Position numbers and translations under genes: made by a program. The notes beneath the pieces are model-generated. The model saw only the letters and a list, made by a program, of their open reading frames with translations. It was not told the DNA's origin and ran no database searches. This document shows positions 1 through 10,802 of a stretch of 33,505 bases of DNA, piece after piece. Source of the stretch: Octopus bimaculoides (lineage: Eukaryota); contig NC_068985.1 in the NCBI RefSeq assembly GCF_001194135.2, forward strand, positions 47,832,449-47,865,953. Reading direction: 5' to 3'. Each line of letters opens with the position of its first letter. Within the stretch, counting starts at the first letter, position 1.

Positions 1-596
1 ATCCTCAACAGGTGAGCAACCATTGTCGCTCACCATTCTTTTTCGCTTTGTGGTGGCCTCCACCTCCACGACCTTCTTTGTCTCCTCCTCCGATGAGGGG
101 GCGACAGACACCTTCTTTCCCTGCTCCGGGGCCCCTTTGTGACCCCGGGGACAGTGTTTCCTAACATGGCCAGGGTCTAGACACAGGTGACATTTAGGAG
201 GAAGGCCCTCAAGAATTACCACGTATCTAGACCCAGCCATCCTCAGAAAATCGGGAAAAACCATTCCCTGGCGGCGACTGGTGTCCATAAGGTCCAAATT
301 GCCTTAGAACCCTCCCAGTTGACCGCTATTGTTATTTGTGCATTTAAGAGCCTGGGTCCGCTGGTCCCCAAGCCCCGCTCGATGGCATCCGAAATCCACT
401 CAGCTTTTGTGCCTGGGGGCAGGCCACAAACCCAGGCTCTAATAATTCTCTTCCCACAATAAGTGGGGAGAAACAGAATCTTCTCACCCTGTATGGGCTG
501 ACCAGCGACAATGCAGGCCTCTTCCGGGGAGTCAAACTGCAACCACACCATTGCAAACTTGACCCCCCCCACACTAGAGATAAAACTTTTTTTCAT
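1..596 (-). mobile_element. Retroelement ORF1/gag-like fragment (probably non-LTR) with CCHC zinc knuckle; frameshifted, runs off the window edge
   Basis: The minus strand reads ...RYVVILEGLPPKCHLCLDPGHVRKHCPRG, a perfect CX2CX4HX4C knuckle at 151-192. The upstream RRM-like segment (VWLQFDSPEEA...RAWVCGLPPG, ORF 243-596) is in another frame, with a frameshift near 300-320. GC content is well above the flanks. Confidence 0.75.
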
Positions 597-926
597 TCAA
601 CTCCATTTAATTTAATAATGCAATCATTACATCAAATTAAATGCAGAGCAATCCATAGCTGCACAAAGACATAGATTGTAATTAAATTAAAACAGATGGA
701 CACATTAGTATAATTATACCTAACATCTCGAAGAAGTTAATGAGATAGACAAAGAACACACTGCCTTCACTCCAGCATAAAAGCTACTGGAGATTTTAGG
801 TATAATTATACTAACGTGTCTATCTGTTTTAATTTAATTAAATTCCGTCTTTGTGCAGCTGAGGATTGCACTGCATTTAAATTGATGTAATGATTGCATT
901 GCTAAATTAAATGGAGTTGCATGAAA
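591..926. mobile_element. Fold-back / MITE-like element with ~138-bp inverted arms
   Basis: 591-729 (tttcattcaactccatttaattt...ctaacatctc) is the reverse complement of 790-926 (gagattttag...aattaaatggagttgcatgaaa) with scattered mismatches, around a ~60-bp spacer. Confidence 0.85.
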
Positions 927-1237
927 CGATCCTACTGCATTAACTCTGGATATCCTTGTTGCTTATTTTGATATATATATATACACGTATAGCGTTGTAG
1001 GATCACAGATGCATATATAGATCTATTCATATGACTATATCAACATGATGTCTCATCAGTAGCTCTTTTCAGTATGTATGTATATATATATATATATATA
1101 TACTACATACAAGAAGGAGTTATGCGTCACTTGATATTTATACACGCTTGGATACAAGGGTAACTTTTGTGTCTAGTTTGAATGTTTTTCGATATATGCA
1201 TAAAGATATATATAGCTCTCTTTCAGTTGCCTGTATC

Positions 1238-1283
<46 letters not shown>

Positions 1284-2200
1284 ATGTATGTAGGTATGTA
1301 TATATTTAGTTATAGATAGATATACAATATACAACTGTATATTCCTGTGTATATATTCATATACATACGTGTATGTATGTGTGTATGTATGTGTGTGTGT
1401 ATCGTATGAGTGTCTGTATGGATGGATGGATGCACCATATTCTCGGCTTCTCTCCTAAGCTCTCAGCACAAAAGATTCTTTTTTTTTATAATTGCTTGAT
1501 GTTCAGTCGTACATGTAGACTTAAACTCACACACATCCCAGCCCCCCACACACCGAAGCAGAAAGAAACAATGTCAGTAGTGTATCCATGTCATAAATTG
1601 AATACATAAAAAGTATTTTTTGTTTCTTCTCGCCCCTCGACGTGTGTGGTCTGTCATTATAAATATGTTCTTCCCAACATTGCTTCATTTCCTTATCTGT
1701 TAAATCAGCGTTTCTTAACCATGCTTTTCTCTATTTCCTCCCATTACCAGAGCACTATTCTGATTACCCCCACATATGATAAGAATATAATGGCCTTGCT
1801 TTTAAGACAATGTCTTACACAGCATTAACAAAAGGCTTTGTGATCAAACTTCGAGAAAAGTCAACAATATATAATACATATACAAAAACATAATTGCTGA
1901 TAATGAATATTTCAACGTGAAAATAATTTCTCACTAGAATCTCAAAATTTCTGCTCTCCATCCTTCTCCCTTGAAATCTCGGAATTTTTTGTTGGTGTGT
2001 ACAGAAGGAATTCTTGTTGGTTAAGAATTACATTCTTTAATTCTCTCTAATTCTTTGCTAAACAGTTTTCCCAGTAGAAAATATGCGTGTGTGCCCATTT
2101 AACTATAGGTGTGTGTGTGTGTGGTGTGTAACTATCTAAGCATTTGTTGTTTTGTTTCCGGTCAATCTTAGTTCAGCACATACCAACCGTAATCATACCG

Positions 2201-2252
<52 letters not shown>

Positions 2253-2345
2253 TTATATAGATAGGGAGATAAATTGAATATTAATTCAATTTAAAACCAA
2301 GTGGCCTAGCATATAAAAAAATTTGAAAATTCATTAAAAATTTGT

Positions 2346-2503
2346 ATTACACGTGCATAAGGGATGACCACTAGGTGGACATCCAATATGGTAGAAAGAG
2401 GTCATCAACGACCCAATCACAAACAAAAATATTGGGATCGTTGATGACCTCTTTCTAGCATATTGGATGTCCACCTAGTGGTCATCCCTTATACACGTGT
2501 AAT
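2346..2503. mobile_element. Near-perfect palindromic hairpin element (MITE-like)
   Basis: attacacgtgcataagggatgaccactaggtggacatccaatatg...cccaat pairs with attggg...catattggatgtccacctagtggtcatcccttatacacgtgtaat. Arms are ~72 bp with a short A-rich loop, in TA-rich context. Confidence 0.85.
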
Positions 2504-2889
2504 ATATATATATATATCTTTTCATATTTATGCTTATTTATTATTTTATTTATTTCAGAACAACCACTACGATATATTCGATTTTTACCATATACTCTTA
2601 CGTCAGTCTGAGACGGTGCCATCTTAAGGCATCGGCGCTGGGTAGTTGTCCGGGATACTCGTGGGTCTATCGTGACCAATACTGATTTATGCATGCTGTG
2701 GCTTACTGTCAATAAATACATACAATAGGGCCCTGATCACTGATTTACCGAAGGCCCTATTATACTGTAAAGACGGTCCTGGTTCGCATATCTGTATATC
2801 TTAACGTATTTTGTCTCAGGATATATTCACTTTATATTGTTTCATTTTCTATATCCTGAAACTCATTGGCACTATATACCTGTCTCCCT

Positions 2890-2915
2890 GCCTACCTACC
2901 TACCTACCTACCTAC

Positions 2916-2950
<35 letters not shown>

Positions 2951-3075
2951 CATACATACATACATACATACATACAGACACACACATACATACATACATA
3001 CACGCACACACGCACGCACACACATACATACATACATACATACATACATACATACATACATACATACATACATAC
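2890..3075. repeat. Compound tetranucleotide microsatellite (CTAC)n-(TAAC)n-(TACA)n
   Basis: Direct reading shows the unit changing stepwise by single substitutions. Confidence 0.95.
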
Positions 3076-3224
3076 GGGATCCGGACTAATCACCCCTAGG
3101 ACAAAACCCTCTCGGACAAAACCCTCTCGGACAAAACCCTCTCGGACAAAACCCTCTTGCAACCCCCGTTGGCTAAAGTGCGAAAGCGGACAAAATCCCC
3201 TCATTTTTTTTGTATTTTTCTTTC

Positions 3225-3385
3225 TCTTTTACTTGTTTCAGCCATTATAATGCGGCCATACTGGGGTACCGCCTTGAGGAACTTTTAATTGACTGCATCA
3301 ACCCCTAAAGTTTTTTATTTTCTCACTTGTTTCAGTCATTAAATTACAGCCATGTTGGGTTACAGTCTTGAAGAACTTCTAGTCG
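3225..3385 (-). mobile_element. Two tandem SINE 3' tail fragments
   Basis: cttttacttgtttcagccatt...gcggccatactggggtaccgcc and cacttgtttcagtcatt...cagccatgttggg are reverse complements of the tail at 4805-4855. Confidence 0.75.
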
Positions 3386-3857
3386 CAGAACAATCAGCAT
3401 TTTAAAATTTAAATTTAAAGTGTTTTGTATTCTTCTTTCTGCACTTAGAGATTAATGAGAATGAACTGACCTTTTGAACTTTCTCCGACTGCTGAAGGTC
3501 TAGCACAAGTAAGGAGTCGAAGGCTAATCGTTCAAACGTAGTTCTTATCGTTTCCATATTTCTACACATTTCTTGATGTAAATGCTTCCCCTTTTGTTAG
3601 AATTCAGACAATTTGTACTGAGTAGTAAAGAGTAATATGTTTTGTTATTCTATTCTAATAATTTGTTTTCGATTGAATATGTTTTTGTTTACTTAAAAAT
3701 TGGAATTTTGGAAAATAAAAGTTTTTTTACAACCGCAATTTCCGTTTTTGCTAATGTGAAATTATAAAAAAAAAATCAAGGCATTTGGCTGTTATCTCTA
3801 GCATGTAGAGAGACTTTTTAGGTTTAACTTCATGCGGTGGTTGAAAATCAACTAAAA

Positions 3858-3950
3858 ACATTCTAGGATCGATATATTCGACAAAAATTTTCTCAAGGCG
3901 GAGCCCCAGCATGACCGCAGTCTAATGATCTTACAAGTACAAAAGAGGAT
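3858..3950 (+). mobile_element. SINE 3' tail fragment
   Basis: aaggcggagccccagcatgaccgcagtctaatga...acaagtacaaaagag matches the other tail copies. Confidence 0.7.
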
Positions 3951-3976
3951 TAAAAAAAAAAACGAAATATGTTATA

Positions 3977-4856
3977 GGCGCAAGCGTGGCTGCGTGGTAA
4001 GAAGCTTGCTTCCAAACCACATTGTTCCAGGTTCAGTCCCACTGCATGGCNNNNNNNNNNNNNNNNNNNNNNNNNNNNNNNNNNNNNNNNNNNNNNNNNN
4101 NNNNNNNNNNNNNNNNNNNNNNNNNNNNNNNNNNNNNNNNNNNNNNNNNNNNNNNNNNNNNNNNNNNNNNNNNNNNNNNNNNNNNNNNNNNNNNNNNNNN
4201 NNNNNNNNNNNNNNNNNNNNNNNNNNNNNNNNNNNNNNNNNNNNNNNNNNNNNNNNNNNNNNNNNNNNNNNNNNNNNNNNNNNNNNNNNNNNNNNNNNNN
4301 NNNNNNNNNNNNNNNNNNNNNNNNNNNNNNNNNNNNNNNNNNNNNNNNNNNNNNNNNNNNNNNNNNNNNNNNNNNNNNNNNNNNNNNNNNNNNNNNNNNN
4401 NNNNNNNNNNNNNNNNNNNNNNNNNNNNNNNNNNNNNNNNNNNNNNNNNNNNNNNNNNNNNNNNNNNNNNNNNNNNNNNNNNNNNNNNNNNNNNNNNNNN
4501 NNNNNNNNNNNNNNNNNNNNNNNNNNNNNNNNNNNNNNNNNNNNNNNNNNNNNNNNNNNNNNNNNNNNNNNNNNNNNNNNNNNNNNNNNNNNNNNNNNNN
4601 NNNNNNNNNNNNNNNNNNNNNNNNNNNNNNNNNNNNNNNNNNNNNNNNNNNNNNNNNNNNNNNNNNNNNNNNTCTTGCCATATCACTTGACAACCGATGT
4701 TGGTATGTTTGCGTCCCCTTAATCTAGCAGTTCGGCAAAAGAAAACCGATAGAATTAGTTCCAGACTTACAAAGAATACATCTTGGGGTCGATTTGTTCG
4801 ACTAAAAGCGGTGATCCAGCATGGCCACCGTCAAACGACTGAAACAAATTAGAGAG
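3977..4856 (+). mobile_element. tRNA-derived SINE, head and tail separated by an assembly gap
   Basis: The head ggcgcaagcgtggctgcgtggtaagaagcttgct...ggttcagtccc has A-box/B-box-like motifs. The tail ...ggggtcgatttgttcgactaaaagcggtgatccagcatggccaccgtcaaacgactgaaac follows the gap at 4051-4671. Confidence 0.8.
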
Positions 4857-4874
4857 TATCAGTGGAGTGGTTTT

Positions 4875-5070
4875 TACTAGGCTTTAAAAAATTCTAGGTT
4901 CGATACAGTCGTCTAAAAATTCTTCAACGTGGTGCCCTTGCATGGCTGCAGTCTAATAACCACAACAAGCAAAAAAGGAAAAAAATTCTGGAGTCGATAC
5001 TTTCAGATAAAAATTCTTCAAAGCAGTACCCCAGCATGGCCACAGTTTGATGACTGAAACAAGCAAAATG
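4875..5070 (+). mobile_element. Two further degenerate SINE tail copies in tandem
   Basis: 4875-4975 and 4982-5070 each contain ...gtcgatac...aaaattcttcaa...gcatggc...cagt...aacaagcaaaa. Confidence 0.7.
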
Positions 5071-5658
5071 GGAAAAACACAAAAAATAATCGAAGAGTAT
5101 AACCGATGGGTTTTGTCTGAGTGATGGGGGNNNNNNNNNNNNNNNNNNNNNNNNNNNNNNNNNNNNGGGGGGGGGGGGTTGTCCTAGACACCATCCAAAC
5201 ATACATACATACATACATACATACATACATACATACATACATACATACATTCATACATGTGTACATACATATTAATTCTTTCTGTCGTTTGTACTGTGTG
5301 TAATTTGGACCTATTAATGTAAATATCTATATATTTATAGTAACAAATGCATCATCTGAAAGTGTCCACTTTTTACTTTCTCTTATTTTGCAGGTATACA
5401 TATATACATATTTTATACTTCATACCCAAACTAATATATTTAAAACATCTGATATATTTTATATTTGTGATATATTTGATGTCTCTGATTTGTTTATCCG
5501 CACAGTTGCATATACATAACACATACATACATATTGGATCTGATATTCATTGTTAATCAATAATAATGAAGGCGTGCATCCTTTAATTTGCTGCTTTGCA
5601 TATAAATACCGAGAAGAATCTTGCGGAACAGACGTTATATTAACGATGTAGATTTTGT

Positions 5659-5766
5659 AATCACCTGAGGAGACACATCTACACCGACAGATGCGCGTAA
5701 ACCAGCTGCTCAGTACCCAACCCGTGAGGGATCGATGCTAGAAGTTTCGAAACAATTGTAGTCATC
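5659..5766 (+). ncRNA. Minimal type I hammerhead-ribozyme-like motif (Penelope-type), core intact
   Basis: CTGAGGA (5665-5671), a G-C-closed stem II with a long insert, then GAAA-C-AATT-G-TA (5749-5760; palindromic loop, GUA triplet). Stem I is weak (4 of 5 pairs). Confidence 0.5.
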
Positions 5767-6335
5767 AATACATATTCTCGTATCTTCTGCCTTCTGTGTC
5801 TATCATTAATCAAATGCATGCATGTGTGTATGTCCATGTGTGCGCGTGCGCGCGTGTGTGTGTGTGTGTGTGCGTGCGTCTGTGTGGGTGAGTTTACTGG
5901 TATATGTCAACCAGGAGGGTATCTCTCAGTTATGTTCCAGTTCCAGCTAACCGCATCGATCAGTGTTTAACGTCTGTGATTACTAGGAATTATCATTCAC
6001 GCAGCAAATTCCTTCGATGGGTAATTCTATGTTCGCTTCACAAAACAGTAATATTATCTGCAGTATATATTACCAATAGTTATAATGTTATATATATATA
6101 TTCTCAGTTGTGAATTAAAAGCAGCGATAGAGTTGTAACCATTATCGACTGCGCATGCTCAACGTATGAATTTTATTTTTTCGCCAGTTCAGTGCGGTAC
6201 AGCGCTTTGTAGACGCATCCCTCATAGTACTGTGTGTTAAACCACTTGAATGTCATAGACAGGCGAGACAACTCGCTTCCATCGAACCAGGAACAAACAA
6301 AACACATACATTGAACATGTGCGGTCGAGAATGTT

Positions 6336-6367
<32 letters not shown>

Positions 6368-6394
6368 AGCAATGTTAAATCTCTGAACGAGGTG

Positions 6395-6566
6395 TTAACA
6401 GTAACTGCACGATAAAGTGAAGTATATTTGCCATTTAAATGTGGCTGACCCCTAAGGGTGGATGTTACTGTTGCTTTTAGCCCCAGCAGAACATCTCCTC
6501 CAGCTGGCTTATCGACACATATCTGTGTCCTGTCTATTTTTGCCAAGGGAAGTTATCCTTCCCATC
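6395..6566. mobile_element. Interspersed repeat fragment (SINE-like), cut by a gap
   Basis: GC-richer segment tgtggctgacccctaagggtggatgttactgttgcttttagcccc... that resembles a common octopus repeat (recalled, not searched). Confidence 0.45.
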
Positions 6567-7364
6567 NNNNNNNNNNNNNNNNNNNNNNNNNNNNNNNNNN
6601 NNNNNNNNNNNNNNNNNNNNNNNNNNNNNNNNNNNNNNNNNNNNNNNNNNNNNNNNNNNNNNNNNNNNNNNNNNNNNNNNNNNNNNNNNNNNNNNNNNNN
6701 NNNNNNNNNNNNNNNNNNNNNNNNNNNNNNNNNNNNNNNNNNNNNNNNNNNNNNNNNNNNNNNNNNNNNNNNNNNNNNNNNNNNNNNNNNNNNNNNNNNN
6801 NNNNNNNNNNNNNNNNNNNNNNNNNNNNNNNNNNNNNNNNNNNNNNNNNNNNNNNNNNNNNNNNNNNNNNNNNNNNNNNNNNNNNNNNNNNNNNNNNNNN
6901 NNNNNNNNNNNNNNNNNNNNNNNNNNNNNNNNNNNNNNNNNNNNNNNNNNNNNNNNNNNNNNNNNAATAGATTCTCTCATTTACTCCTTCCTATAAAGCA
7001 TGATTTTTGTTCACTCACGTTATATCAATTATGCTGTCGCTGTGTACGAATAGTGTAATGTGAGTTAATTACTCACTTCACTTAAAGTATTCCTTAGAGA
7101 ATTCAAATGAAATGTGACAATTTTTCATGACTTATTTTTCCCAAACTAAAATGTTTGTTATGTCCATGACCATTTCTTACGTGGCTTTATTTCCGCTCAC
7201 CTTTTAAATGTTAATTTCTGGTGGATGTGTGTATTTTTTTCTTTTTAATGGGAATATCATGAATTTTTGTTATGTTCGTGTTAGAATATTTCCTTAAGGA
7301 AACCAACATACTTCTCTCGCACTCTCCCTCTTTTTGTACCCTCTATACATGTAATGATCTCAGT

Positions 7365-7710
7365 GATGGTTTTATTGTTGGTGATCGTACTGCTCATGGT
7401 GACGATGATAACGATGTTGATGATGATGCTGATGGTGACGGGGGGGATGTTGGTAGAGATATGGTGGTGGTGTTAGAGCTGTAAATGCTGGCAATAATAC
7501 TAATTGGTAGTACTGATAGTGTTGGTGGTGCTGATGGTTTTGGTGATCCAGTCACTTGTACTGATGGAGCTAGTAGTGGTCGTGATGGCAATGGTGATGT
7601 TTCTGATGATATTGGTACTGCTATTATTTTATTGTGGTGACGGGAGTTGATACAAGTGATGAAGATGATGATGTTGGTGTTGTTGTATCTGTGGGAGGTG
7701 ATGATATAAA
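7365..7710. repeat. Low-complexity GAT/GGT-rich decayed trinucleotide tract
   Basis: Recurrent gatgat/ggtggt units; these explain the S/T/P-rich minus-strand ORF 7394-7771. Confidence 0.8.
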
Positions 7711-7818
7711 TGTTTATTAACATCGTTATTTTATTAGCATTATTGTATGTGTTTTTACGTGGTAAGAGCAATATCAGAGAAAATGGATATAATTGAGTTA
7801 TTTTTCAATAATTCGACT

Positions 7819-7859
<41 letters not shown>

Positions 7860-8329
7860 CGAGACAAGCCTACTCATACATACCTACATAGGTTCAGAAA
7901 CACAGTTCAACATAGTGAAAGCTTTTTAATTACATAGCTACGCTGACTGAATGCCATACATGCTTCTTCGGCAACAACGGTAATAATAACACTAATATGG
8001 ACAAGAATAAAGCATAATGATATCAGTAACTACTACTAATGATAATAATAATAATATTTTCTGGTGTTATGTTATTTGGGGTTTTTTCCTGTTTTATATT
8101 TTACTTTAGTTATTGGTGATGATTTCTAACTTCATAGAAGATTACATTGTTGTAACGAAACGTCTGTAGGAGAGGTGAGAGATACATAACTGCGGAACAA
8201 ATACATAGGTATATGTACAAGCATATATATTAGTCAGGCGACGAAATCACTAGCGATACTATCACAGAATTACTGGAAGTATTAGTACATACATACTTTT
8301 CAGGTAAACACGTAGGAAGAATCATTTAC

Positions 8330-8386
8330 TCTTCAGCCTCAGATCATAGCTTTTAGGGTCTTCTTGATCAGAATTGCTGAGATTTA
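8330..8386 (-). CDS. Candidate 57-nt internal exon (xNLSNSDQEDPKSYDLRLKx), phase 1-1
   Basis: Strong acceptor tctcttcagttttcttctag, donor GA|gtaaat, open frame. No protein homology recognised. Confidence 0.3.
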
Positions 8387-8833
8387 CTAGAAGAAAACTG
8401 AAGAGATTCATATTTTGAAAATATAATCGAATGTTTACTGGTGGTGTCGGTGGTGACGTAGGTGATGCTGTTGAATGTGGTGCTTTTGTTTCGTTAAGCA
8501 ACGAGTCTTCTTTTAAGACGATGGTGCTGTTACAAAATATGCTTATAATCGAATATTGCAGCCTTTGCATTGAATAAAACTACTGGCAGATGTCAGCAAC
8601 AAAGATCTGAAGAAAAATTCTGGATGGGTCGTAATCAACTCAGAAATACTTTTAGAAATACATGTAGGTAAGGCTGGAGAGTAAGTGCTTCTTCCCACTA
8701 TTTTTGCTGAAAAGTCTTTCAGAGTAGCGAATACAACCTAATTTGCAAAGGATTATTCTCAGCATGGCGTTGAATGCTAGAGCCAAAAGCTGGGATATAA
8801 CATTTTACCATATATATAGGAGGCTGTGTTTAC

Positions 8834-8878
8834 CAAAATGGAGGCGAACTCCTTTCTCCATGTGATCGGCTTGAAAAG
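8834..8878 (-). CDS. Candidate 45-nt internal exon (xFQADHMEKGVRLHFx), phase-compatible with 8330-8386
   Basis: Acceptor gtgtcttaacag, donor TTG|gtaaac. Joined reading: FQADHMEKGVRLHFVNLSNSDQEDPKSYDLRLK. Confidence 0.25.
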
Positions 8879-9129
8879 CTGTTAAGACACTAGGATATGT
8901 TCCTATTTTTCTTAACAGGAAACCAATGGTAGCCTTAATTCAAAAATAATAAAAATATATCCACCAATGCGGTATTGAGCACTCATTTTCATCGTTCAAC
9001 ATTTACGTATATAAATATATATATATACATATGTGTGTGTGGGTGTGTGGGGGTGTGTGGGTGTGTGTGTGTGTATGTGTGAATGTAAGGATAAGCAAAC
9101 TAGGCTGGTCATGTACACAAAGCATATTT

Positions 9130-9356
9130 ATTTCTTTATTGCCCACAGGGGGCTAAATATAGAGGGGACAAACAAGGACAGACAAAGAGTTTAAATAGAT
9201 TCCATCGACCCCAGTGCGTAACTGGTACTTATTTAATCGACCCCGAAAGGATGAAAGGCAAAGTTGACCTCGGGGGAGTTTGAACTCAGAACGGAACAGA
9301 CGAATTACCGCTAATTATTTCGCCCGGCGTGCTAACAACTCTGCGATCTCGCCGCT
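9130..9356 (-). mobile_element. tRNA-derived SINE with conserved central core (resembles Meta/MESC-type core)
   Basis: Reverse complement: gcggcgagatcgcagagttgttagcacgccgggcgaaa...gttctgagttcaaact...gaggtcaactttgcctttcatcctttcggggtcgattaaataagtaccagt...caataaagaaat. Confidence 0.85.
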
Positions 9357-9743
9357 CTTACATAGCCTATTGAATACATGAAATACAAAAAAAAAATGTA
9401 TATATGTTTACATAGAAAATGAAAGAGTAAACGAGTTGAAGACAAGTATTAGAAATCAGCCAGAAGCCGTCGTTGGATTTGTAATACTTTTCTTTCACCC
9501 CTTTAATTCTTATTATCATTTCTATTCTGTGTAAGGCAGACCTTTTTATATGTATACATACATACATTTTTCATATTTCATGTATTTAATATACTTTGCT
9601 TATCCTTAAATTTATTTCTCAACCCGCTAGAGTTTATAGCGTTGAGGACTACAAAGTGTATTGTATACGGATAATATCTGATTCTCATCTATGCACTATG
9701 TATATATACGTATATATATGTATATTTATACACACACACACAT

Positions 9744-9794
<51 letters not shown>

Positions 9795-10758
9795 NNNNNN
9801 NNNNNNNNNNNNNNNNNNNNNNNNNNNNNNNNNNNNNNNNNNNNNNNNNNNNNNNNNNNNNNNNNNNNNNNNNNNNNNNNNNNNNNNNNNNNNNNNNNNN
9901 NNNNNNNNNNNNNNNNNNNNNNNNNNNNNNNNNNNNNNNNNNNNNNNNNNNNNNNNNNNNNNNNNNNNNNNNNNNNNNNNNNNNNNNNNNNNNNNNNNNN
10001 NNNNNNNNNNNNNNNNNNNNNNNNNNNNNNNNNNNNNNNNNNNNNNNNNNNNNNNNNNNNNNNNNNNNNNNNNNNNNNNNNNNNNNNNNNNNNNNNNNNN
10101 NNNNNNNNNNNNNNNNNNNNNNNNNNNNNNNNNNNNNNNNNNNNNNNNNNNNNNNNNNNNNNNNNNNNNNNNNNNNNNNNNNNNNNNNNNNNNNNNNNNN
10201 NNNNNNNNNNNNNNNNNNNNNNNNNNNNNNNNNNNNNNNNNNNNNNNNNNNNNNNNNNNNNNNNNNNNNNNNNNNNNNNNNNNNNNNNNNNNNNNNNNNN
10301 NNNNNNNNNNNNNNNNNNNNNNNNNNNNNNNNNNNNNNNNNNNNNNNNNNNNNNNNNNNNNNNNNNNNNNNNNNNNNNNNNNNNNNNNNNNNNNNNNNNN
10401 NNNNNNNNNNNNNNNNNNNNNNNNNNNNNNNNNNNNNNNNNNNNNNNNNNNNNNNNNNNNNNNNNNNNNNNNNNNNNNNNNNNNNNNNNNNNNNNNNNNN
10501 NNNNNNNNNNNNNNNNNNNNNNNNNNNNNNNNNNNNNNNNNNNNNNNNNNNNNNNNNNNNNNNNNNNNNNNNNNNNNNNNNNNNNNNNNNNNNNNNNNNN
10601 NNNNNNNNNNNNNNNNNNNNNNNNNNNNNNNNNNNNNNNNNNNNNNNNNNNNNNNNNNNNNNNNNNNNNNNNNNNNNNNNNNNNNNNNNNNNNNNNNNNN
10701 NNNNNNNNNNNNNNNNNNNNNNNNNNNNNNNNNNNNNNNNNNNNNNNNNNNNNNNNNN

Positions 10759-10802
<44 letters not shown>

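Larger units (their letters stand above)
3077..5197. mobile_element. Putative non-autonomous DNA element bounded by inverted, internally repeated termini; interior filled with SINEs
   Basis: The left end is ggatccggac...cctaggacaa plus 4x 15-bp ggacaaaaccctctc (3099-3158) and a variant at 3188-3202. The right end has the inverted motifs gggttttgtctga (5108-5120) and ttgtcctagacaccatcc (5180-5197). (ATAC)n flanks both sides. Confidence 0.5.

Noticed and set aside
7394-7771. Mucin-like S/T/P-rich minus-strand ORF
   Set aside because: Explained by the GAT/GGT low-complexity tract; no convincing splice sites.
8600-8670. CTGAAGA...GAAATACATGTA as a third hammerhead
   Set aside because: Stems I and II do not pair and the stem III loop is not palindromic.
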